This document shows, in pieces, positions 54,263-61,628 of a stretch of 64,000 nt of DNA. The notes under the pieces were generated by a model. It saw nothing but the letters and a program-made list of their open reading frames with translations. It had not been told where the DNA came from and ran no database searches. The stretch lies in the sequence record LC765218.1, one strand, 5' to 3'. Made by a program: the position numbers and the translations under genes. Numbering within the stretch: position 1 is the stretch's first letter; each line of letters opens with the position of its first letter.

Positions 54263-55837
54263 ATGCGTCAAATTTCTATTTCACTTGCCGATAACCCTAT
54301 CGGTGCTAGTCCATTAGTTGGACTTTATAAAGCGATTAACGCTAAATATTCCAGCCTAGGTCTGACCCAAGCAAACTCTCGGGTTATTAGAGTACAACCA
54401 GCAGCAACTAAAGAAAGACCCAACCAGACAGTAGTGTTTATTCAGAAGGGAACTTCTTATGACACTATTTACGATTTTTATTACGATCGATTTAACCTAA
54501 ACGATTTTATTGAGAATCCATACTGGACGGCTTCTGAAGTTGAAGAACTCCAACAGATGGAGAACTCTACTGAAGTCCTTGGTGAAGTGGCTCGTAAATC
54601 GACTTTGAATTTAACAAAATCAGATATTTGGGTTAACGATACTTCTATCGATTATACCGGTGGACAAGTCGGACCTAACTGGTTATTAAAGTCTATTTAC
54701 AACTCACTGTATTTTACCGGCGAACTAGTTCTTTGGTTACATTCAGGTGGAGATGGTCCTGGTCCAGAGCCTGAACCTACAGATGGGTTCTATGAACATA
54801 TCTTCGAAGGTTCGATCTCTAATTACATTACTGGTACATTTGGTAACCCAGGTTACTATGTATCTCTTAGTGTACAACAGAATGGTAACCGTGTTTATGT
54901 ACTCGAACCAATTCCTGAGGGTGAGAAGGTACCTACACTGAACTGGCCTACCTACCATGAAAATGATCCAGCTACACTTGTACCTGGACATGAATGGATT
55001 ATTATCAATAACTCCGGACATGAGATCACATTTGATCCAGAGGGACTTAGTCATAATAAATTCCTCTTGCCTGCGTGGAATGTAATCGCAGTTAAACAGG
55101 GTGGGACTATTCGTGGTACTGCCATCGGTTGGGATAATAATACCAATCAATGGATTTGGGCAATTTCTGGGGATATTGTTCAAGGTAAAACTGTAGGTAG
55201 TTCTATCATGGATGACTTGATTAGTTGGTATGCCATGGAAGGGATTGCTACAGACTCACACGGCGGTCATAACTTCGGATTTAACTCTGAAAGTACGATA
55301 CCTGGTAAAGTTGGTCAAGCACTAAGTGGTATAAAAGCTTCCGGTGCTGAAGGTAACTTCGGTAGCTATAATAGCGGTACGGCAATGTTTGGTTGGTTTA
55401 AAGTAAATAACCCAACCGTAAGTCAGGAATATGTATTGACTCTTGGTAAGTTTGGCGAGTACTATGGCTGTAAGTACGGCTTATCGTACAGAGGTTCCAA
55501 CGGCTGGAGAGGATTCTCTCGCAATGCTGCTAACACAGAGACTACTGTATCTACTGGCGGTCAACACATGGGTAAAGGAGAATGGCAATTCATCGTTCTT
55601 CAAGTAAAAGATCGATTCCTTGAGATCTATGTTGACAATGGTAATCCGATACGTAAAGAAATTCCATTACCAAGTAGTGGTTCTTATGATGGTCTACAGT
55701 TCGGAGAAATCTTTAGTGATTCCAAGTTTGATGGTGCTGTAGATGAAGTTGGATTATGCTGGCGACCGCTAGAGAAAGAAGAGATCGCGTGGCTATACAA
55801 CAATGGTCAAGGTCGTACTTATGAAACTCTTGTTTAA
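54263..55837 (+). CDS. Structural protein: Y-D-R-F-x-L family domain plus LamG/ConA-like lectin domain
   Basis: N-terminal FYYDRFNL; GPEPEP linker; C-terminal SWYAMEG...TAMFGWFK...WQFIV...LEIYVDNG...FDGAVDEVGLCWRPLEKEEIAWLYN is a LamG pattern. Confidence 0.75.
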   Translation: MRQISISLADNPIGASPLVGLYKAINAKYSSLGLTQANSRVIRVQPAATKERPNQTVVFIQKGTSYDTIYDFYYDRFNLNDFIENPYWTASEVEELQQMENSTEVLGEVARKSTLNLTKSDIWVNDTSIDYTGGQVGPNWLLKSIYNSLYFTGELVLWLHSGGDGPGPEPEPTDGFYEHIFEGSISNYITGTFGNPGYYVSLSVQQNGNRVYVLEPIPEGEKVPTLNWPTYHENDPATLVPGHEWIIINNSGHEITFDPEGLSHNKFLLPAWNVIAVKQGGTIRGTAIGWDNNTNQWIWAISGDIVQGKTVGSSIMDDLISWYAMEGIATDSHGGHNFGFNSESTIPGKVGQALSGIKASGAEGNFGSYNSGTAMFGWFKVNNPTVSQEYVLTLGKFGEYYGCKYGLSYRGSNGWRGFSRNAANTETTVSTGGQHMGKGEWQFIVLQVKDRFLEIYVDNGNPIRKEIPLPSSGSYDGLQFGEIFSDSKFDGAVDEVGLCWRPLEKEEIAWLYNNGQGRTYETLV

Positions 55838-55843
55838 GGAGGA

Positions 55844-56266
55844 ATGATGGCTACGATGTGTGTTAGTTGGCCAGAGATCATCACCATGGATCTTTCTGGT
55901 GCCGGCGCAGGTGGAGAGACTGTAAGCAATAGAAAGGATATTTTGAGTAGTACACTGATTTTAACCGGTGGTACTTTCGATGGTAAAGATAAAGCAAATG
56001 GAAATTATAATGACGCGTTTATCTTCTACCTGGATACTCCAGATATGCCTGCTGACCAGCGTGTCCGATTTAAAGTTTTCAACCATAGCGAACGTTCGAT
56101 CATATTCAACGTCCCAGAGAGATGGCTTGGTAAACGGAATGGTATTCAACTAGTTATCCAACCTGGTAACGGAGTTGAGATTCTACGTGTAGTCTGGATT
56201 GATGAAGATACACCGATTATTCGATGGATCATGCGTGGGCCACATTACGAATTCAACAACATGTAG
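55844..56266 (+). CDS. Hypothetical beta-rich protein (140 aa)
   Basis: RBS AAGGAGG; resembles the middle domain of the upstream gene. Confidence 0.75.
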   Translation: MMATMCVSWPEIITMDLSGAGAGGETVSNRKDILSSTLILTGGTFDGKDKANGNYNDAFIFYLDTPDMPADQRVRFKVFNHSERSIIFNVPERWLGKRNGIQLVIQPGNGVEILRVVWIDEDTPIIRWIMRGPHYEFNNM

Positions 56267-56273
56267 GTGTTAT

Positions 56274-56729
56274 ATGGACATTAATCCAATTAATTGCTGG
56301 AACTTTGTTGAATCACCAAACCAGCTTCTGATCACTGATTACCCTGAGCAGTTTAGTTATGACGGTTACACAATGGCCGTTAACAAGATCGATGTTTCTA
56401 AATACGTCGATACTATTCTTATACTTGGTAATCCCTCAGATGAAGGTAGGGAATATGACATCGGTATTGTTTTAAAATACGATAGCGATTATGTTTCTGG
56501 TACTGCATGTGATATCGTCTTTCCGACAGGTATCATAAGTGGAGGTTGTGTACTCTACGAAGACAGTAATGGTGATTATCATCGTCTACGTTCTAATTAT
56601 CCAAGTCTCACTCCAGATGGCACCTATTATTTTGAATCAGGTGAAGCCATCAGAGTGACATTGTTTATTGATAAGTGGACTAACAAATATTACTGGCAAT
56701 TATCAGAACTGATAGAGCGTCAATACTAA
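56274..56729 (+). CDS. Hypothetical beta-rich protein (151 aa, MDINPINC...)
   Basis: ATG 56274 after AGGTG, in frame with the track ORF 56199. Confidence 0.75.
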   Translation: MDINPINCWNFVESPNQLLITDYPEQFSYDGYTMAVNKIDVSKYVDTILILGNPSDEGREYDIGIVLKYDSDYVSGTACDIVFPTGIISGGCVLYEDSNGDYHRLRSNYPSLTPDGTYYFESGEAIRVTLFIDKWTNKYYWQLSELIERQY

Positions 56730-56733
56730 GAAT

Positions 56734-56760
56734 GTGGCTCGGTTAACCGAGCCACTCTTT
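56734..56760 (+). terminator. Hairpin terminator
   Basis: GTGGCTCGG-TTAA-CCGAGCCAC followed by TCTTT. Confidence 0.75.
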
Positions 56761-56805
56761 ACTTTCATTACCAATTACATGACAATTCAATAGTGAGTAT
56801 GATAC

Positions 56806-57435
56806 ATGGCCACTAACAATTTAATGGTCCCTCCAATTGGTACAAAGGGACTATATGTTCTTCTACCTCCGTTTGATAAAGTATTGGAAGCAGCTGAACT
56901 TTACGAATGCGGTGCTATCCGCTACTTCGAGGATGTAGAAAATAATGGTCGTTCAGTTTATGACCTTTATTACAAGCCTTGGAAAATCGACGAGTCACGC
57001 GTCGCGACAGATCGACAGCAAGGTCATGTAATCGTAACGTTGCTGTCACCTAAATTCCCACCTGTTTATGTACCATCGAGCTACATCAAATCTTATCCTG
57101 ATCTTAGCTCTAAGCCATACAACCAAGTCATCATGACTCTGTCGCTTGGTGCATTGCCAGATGACGTAATTCTAGATACAGCCGCTAATGCTGCTGCGAA
57201 TGCAGTTAGTGATACGATCGGTGTTAATCCAGAAGTCCACTTTGGCATTATGCCGTTGTCAGATTCTGTAACACCAGCCGTCCACGAAACACGTGAGGCA
57301 GCACGACAAGGTAAGATCAAGAATCGTACGACGGATTATGCTCGTCTACTTGAACTGGAAAATGCCAACTCTATTTTAAAGCAACAGAACCTTATTCTTG
57401 AGAAAATCATCAAGGATAACAACCTGCTGCCTTAA
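56806..57435 (+). CDS. Conserved hypothetical protein (phiKZ gp161 position)
   Basis: 209 aa; VPPIGTKG and VYVPSSYIKSYP motifs; synteny. Confidence 0.75.
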   Translation: MATNNLMVPPIGTKGLYVLLPPFDKVLEAAELYECGAIRYFEDVENNGRSVYDLYYKPWKIDESRVATDRQQGHVIVTLLSPKFPPVYVPSSYIKSYPDLSSKPYNQVIMTLSLGALPDDVILDTAANAAANAVSDTIGVNPEVHFGIMPLSDSVTPAVHETREAARQGKIKNRTTDYARLLELENANSILKQQNLILEKIIKDNNLLP

Positions 57436-57488
57436 CAACCTTATGTAGTTTAAACTCACGAAATCCCCCGCAATTGTGGAGTATATAA

Positions 57489-59249
57489 ATGGCCCGCGCT
57501 AACCTTTTCGATCTGTGCCGTAGCATCTCTAACGAATCCATTACTGAAGAAGTAGAGAACAAAGCTGCTGGTACTGTCACTGAAGCCTCCGATCAGAACG
57601 TGGATCTGGAAGGCAAGAAAGATCTCGAACCTCAACTGAAGAGTGATGAGGGCGAAAAGCCTGATGCTGATGATGTTGATGCTTCGGTCACTAACACACA
57701 GACTAGTGAACCAGGTCCCACTGAAGGTGGTGGCGATGGTACTGCCGAAACTGTAGATGTGACCAATGTTCATACTTCGGACACCGTTGAGAATCACGTA
57801 ACCGCCGTTGACCAAACTGGTCTTGGGGATGTTGGTTCTGCACATGACGAAGTATCGGCTGACGATGATAACGTCGCTACCACTACTTCTGTAGAAGAAC
57901 ACACTGATGGTCTCGATACCATCGAATCTGGTGAAACTGAATCCGTTGGCGAAGCTGACGACATGGTGCAGGACATCGATGAAGCTGTTGAAGCTCTTAC
58001 TGCCGATGGCCTTACATCCGCTACTGATGCCAAAGGTGCCGTTGTAAACGAGATTGCTTCGGATATGGGCGACATTGAAAACGCCAAAGCTTCCGTTGAG
58101 CGTTATCTTGGTATCCTGCGTGGCATGCGTGAAAACGGCTATGAAGTTACTAACGAGCTGGCTGAGTCGATGCGTGTCGGTCTGGAAATGATTGATCCTG
58201 ATTTCTTCTCTGATACCGTGGTATCCGTTGAAGAACTTGACGACAGCGATAAGCATACTTCTGCTCGTGATGCTACTGAAAGCAAACTCACTGCTAAGAT
58301 GAAGTCTTTGCTGGAAGCAGCCCGTAATGTTCTGATGCGTATCTTCAACGCATTGATGGACTTCTGGCGCTCCTTTACTCAAGATGCTACCAAACTGAAA
58401 GAACGTCTGCGTACTCTTCGTAGTAAAGTAGGTACTCTTGATGGTGGTAAGCAGATTAAGATTGGTGGTCTGCAACGTCTGTCCATTGGTAAAGAATTCG
58501 TTGGCGATAGTCCTGAAGCTATTAAGCGTGTTGAGAATACCGCTGATATCGTTCTCATCAACTGGCCGAGCAAACTTGCTGAAATTCTGAAGAAGTTTGA
58601 TGATAAATCTACTTACTACTTCGGCGTTCAAAGCGGTCTCGCTCCTGAAATGCTCGATGCGATCGATGACATTCTGTCTAACTCCTTCCGTGGATTCAAG
58701 AACGTTAATTCCAACGAGAAAGATAAAGTTCCGAGTGGTATGTTGAATAGCACCTCGGTTCATATGTCCGAAGTTCTTCCGGGTAACCGTGCAATGTTCG
58801 TTGGTGTGAACACCGATTACGCAGCCGATAAGACTTTCAACTTCAACAACGCTATTAATATCAACTTCTCGGTTATTCCGGGTGGCGATAGCTATGGTGG
58901 TGCCGATACCATCAAAACGATGTCTGCTGGTGAAGCAGTTTCTGTTATTCGCGCTACCGAGCAACTGATCAATAAAGTTGAAGCAGCTGTTGAAGGTCGT
59001 AGCAAGCTGAATGAACTCGCCCAACGGGTTAACCAGAAAGGATCTAGCTTCCTGTTTGGTGCACTGATGACCGGTGATGAGAACTCGGCTATTTCCAGTC
59101 TGCTTGCCATTACTCTGGCTCGTCAAACTGCTAATGCTAACCATCTGTTTACAGGTTATTGCCTGAACCTGGTTAAAGCTGAAATCGCTGTTATTGAAGC
59201 CATGCTGAAAGCTGAACATGGTGATGTTATCGAAGGCGAGAAAGCCTAA
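57489..59249 (+). CDS. Inner-head/ejection protein with acidic propeptide (phiKZ gp162-like)
   Basis: Very acidic N-terminal region of about 260 aa with SNE, SVE and GLE sites; SEVLPGN motif; TATG at 57442. Confidence 0.8.
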   Translation: MARANLFDLCRSISNESITEEVENKAAGTVTEASDQNVDLEGKKDLEPQLKSDEGEKPDADDVDASVTNTQTSEPGPTEGGGDGTAETVDVTNVHTSDTVENHVTAVDQTGLGDVGSAHDEVSADDDNVATTTSVEEHTDGLDTIESGETESVGEADDMVQDIDEAVEALTADGLTSATDAKGAVVNEIASDMGDIENAKASVERYLGILRGMRENGYEVTNELAESMRVGLEMIDPDFFSDTVVSVEELDDSDKHTSARDATESKLTAKMKSLLEAARNVLMRIFNALMDFWRSFTQDATKLKERLRTLRSKVGTLDGGKQIKIGGLQRLSIGKEFVGDSPEAIKRVENTADIVLINWPSKLAEILKKFDDKSTYYFGVQSGLAPEMLDAIDDILSNSFRGFKNVNSNEKDKVPSGMLNSTSVHMSEVLPGNRAMFVGVNTDYAADKTFNFNNAININFSVIPGGDSYGGADTIKTMSAGEAVSVIRATEQLINKVEAAVEGRSKLNELAQRVNQKGSSFLFGALMTGDENSAISSLLAITLARQTANANHLFTGYCLNLVKAEIAVIEAMLKAEHGDVIEGEKA

Positions 59250-59259
59250 GGGTGAAAGC

Positions 59260-60444
59260 ATGTCCTATCTGGCACAATGGAATGAAGTATCTGAAGACCT
59301 GAGTAAGATTCAGCGTCTTGGTTCTTCTCTAGAGCGCTACCGCGATCTGCTAGCTGGACGTGACGTTGTAACAGGGGCTACTGCTGATGTTATCTCGGTA
59401 GCCCTTGAGAGTATTGACCCTGACTTTGATATCAAAGAAGGTTCTAAAATTACTCTGAGAGCAATCAAAGAAGGCATTATCGCGGCGGCGAAAGCCACCC
59501 GCGATATTGTCCGCTACATCTGGGAATTGCTTAACTCTTTCTACGTCAAATTCACCGGTAGCATTCGTCGTGTTCGTCGCACACAAGAAAGCATTAGTCG
59601 ACGCTTAGGTAAACTAGGCTCGGCAACTACTTACCAGAAAATGTCTGTAGCTGGTGTACAACGTCTATCTATTGATGGTAACTTCGTGGGGTTAGACCTT
59701 AACCACTTGAACGACATCAAAGATCTAACCAACTACATTCTCAACCATTATCCTAAATCGGTTGCAAAGATTGCACGGAACAGTTCTCGACAGTTCCTGA
59801 ATATCTTGGATAAATCTAAGGATGCTAGCTCTAATGAAGTAGCTGGTGAGGTTGTAGAAGCATTTGCAAATATCCTCCAACGTGATTTTACCCCTCCGCC
59901 TGGTCATGCCCCTCTCCAACAGAGAGAACTGACTACTGCGGAAAAAGGTGTCCATCGTTCGGTTGTCCTACCTGGCAACGTAGCGTTCATCTATACACCA
60001 CCTGACGTTATCAGTCAGATGTTGAATAATAGTAAAGTCGCTAATGAGGATGTTGTAAGACGTTCGTTTACAATGCAGTTCGCTGAGCTACAGCTAAATG
60101 TAGCTGACCGTTCTGAACGTGAGATTGATGTACCTTCTGTCCGTACTCTTAGTGAGATCACTCAGTTGATCTCCAGCATCCTTTCTCTAGCAGAGAAAGC
60201 TGAAACGGGTCAGCGGGACTTCTCCACGGTCAAAGTAGTTGTAGACGACGCTATTCGACAGATCGCTGAAGCGGGTGAAGAGGCAGGTAAATCCTATAAT
60301 TCTGTTCTCTCTATTATCGGCGAGATTTCGAAGAAGTTAGCTGAACCAATGGGTTTCTATACTCACTGGCTGGCTGTATCGCTTAATGTGTATTTGACTT
60401 TCATTAGTCATTGCATCAAGCATTACGAAGCTGAAGGCGTATAA
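59260..60444 (+). CDS. Inner-head protein paralogue (phiKZ gp163-like)
   Basis: SLE/ALE sites; GVQRLSIDGNFVG and SVVLPGN match the upstream paralogue (GLQRLSIGKEFVG, SEVLPGN). Confidence 0.8.
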   Translation: MSYLAQWNEVSEDLSKIQRLGSSLERYRDLLAGRDVVTGATADVISVALESIDPDFDIKEGSKITLRAIKEGIIAAAKATRDIVRYIWELLNSFYVKFTGSIRRVRRTQESISRRLGKLGSATTYQKMSVAGVQRLSIDGNFVGLDLNHLNDIKDLTNYILNHYPKSVAKIARNSSRQFLNILDKSKDASSNEVAGEVVEAFANILQRDFTPPPGHAPLQQRELTTAEKGVHRSVVLPGNVAFIYTPPDVISQMLNNSKVANEDVVRRSFTMQFAELQLNVADRSEREIDVPSVRTLSEITQLISSILSLAEKAETGQRDFSTVKVVVDDAIRQIAEAGEEAGKSYNSVLSIIGEISKKLAEPMGFYTHWLAVSLNVYLTFISHCIKHYEAEGV

Positions 60445-60487
60445 CGGCATAAAGCCCCTACCGAATGGTAGGGGCTTTATGTTGTCA
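60444..60487. terminator. Bidirectional CATA/TATG-arm hairpin
   Basis: ACGGCATAAA-GCCCCTACC-GAAT-GGTAGGGGC-TTTATGTTGTC; left arm and stem identical to the element at 1939. Confidence 0.85.
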
Positions 60488-60751
60488 ACCGCTACTAGTC
60501 GCATCGGGTCTACCGGTTGCAGTATGACCACAGCTAGCGGACATTCCTTGCAGAACAATTGGCACGCCTTTAATAAAAGCTTTCGTTGAAGCTTGTACCA
60601 TGTTTGCGCTGTTATGTGGGGATCGCCCATGTCCATCTACGGGATCACCTAATACAGCAATTGGATTACCTTTATAGAAGCCAGTTGAATTACCACTTGG
60701 TCTTATTGTTCCACCAGCAGAATCTATATTACAAACAGCTATACCAGGCAT
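60485..60751 (-). CDS. PAAR-like spike tip protein
   Basis: ATG at 60751 coupled to the spike stop (TAATG); PIAVLGD..DGHG..PH...PIVLQG..ASCGH metal-binding PAAR pattern. Confidence 0.85.
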   Translation of the reverse strand: MPGIAVCNIDSAGGTIRPSGNSTGFYKGNPIAVLGDPVDGHGRSPHNSANMVQASTKAFIKGVPIVLQGMSASCGHTATGRPDATSSG

Positions 60752-61560
60752 TAGACAATATCCCATCTTCCAGTTTGTTCGATAATGTGACCCGCCACAG
60801 TTGTATGTGTCCCACTACTCGTTAGTGTAGTATTAGACGTATTACTGTTAATCGAATCTGGTCGCAGCTCAAGAGTTGTTCCGCCCACGGTCATTTTGAT
60901 ATGATCATCCGCAGACATTTCGATCCATTGCCGTTCTACCTTAACAAAAGAGTTGTCCGAGTTTATTAATTGTACACGTCGTTCAGTTGAATCAAGTTCT
61001 ATAAGCTGACCAACATCGTCTTTAATATAGACTGCGCCATAATCAGTATTGATTTGGAATGTGTATGCGAAAGGTTCTCCATTTGCTTTAGATGTACCGA
61101 TTGTCCAGTGTTTGTCATGTGCTGATATAGCCATGAAATAACACGTGCTAAAATCGATACCACCACCACCAGGTTTGGGCGAAGCATTCCATGCAAATAC
61201 AACGGATTCTAATGTACGAAGATTGTTACGAAGACCCATACACCGCCAATAGTACTGATCGGTGTCTCCCATTCGCCAAATCTCTACGATCTCGTTACGA
61301 CGTACATCTGGTGGAGTAACACGGTTGTCTTCGTTCGGTAGCCATTCACAGTTAGTCGTTCTAGTTGTAGTAGCTTTAACATTATACTGATTACCCTCGG
61401 CATCGAAACCTTGTAGTGTTTCCTGCAATGGGTCAAACGTTACTTCACCATCAGTACCAGTGGCAAGCTCTACAGGTAAAACGTCCACATGCCTTGAAGA
61501 ACGTTCTTTGTTTGCAGCTACTCTACCAATACTTACTAATTTGAAAATTGAAGCTTCCAT
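60751..61560 (-). CDS. Baseplate central spike protein (phiKZ gp164-like)
   Basis: N-terminal OB-like region (CEWLP...[15 protein letters not shown]) and C-terminal beta-helix-like repeats; followed by the PAAR gene. Confidence 0.82.
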   Translation of the reverse strand: MEASIFKLVSIGRVAANKERSSRHVDVLPVELATGTDGEVTFDPLQETLQGFDAEGNQYNVKATTTRTTNCEWLPNEDNRVTPPDVRRNEIVEIWRMGDTDQYYWRCMGLRNNLRTLESVVFAWNASPKPGGGGIDFSTCYFMAISAHDKHWTIGTSKANGEPFAYTFQINTDYGAVYIKDDVGQLIELDSTERRVQLINSDNSFVKVERQWIEMSADDHIKMTVGGTTLELRPDSINSNTSNTTLTSSGTHTTVAGHIIEQTGRWDIV

Positions 61561-61628
61561 ATGTTCCTCTGAATAATTACTGATAACCTTAGTTCTATAG
61601 GGTAACGTACGATTTTAAGGGCTTACCA

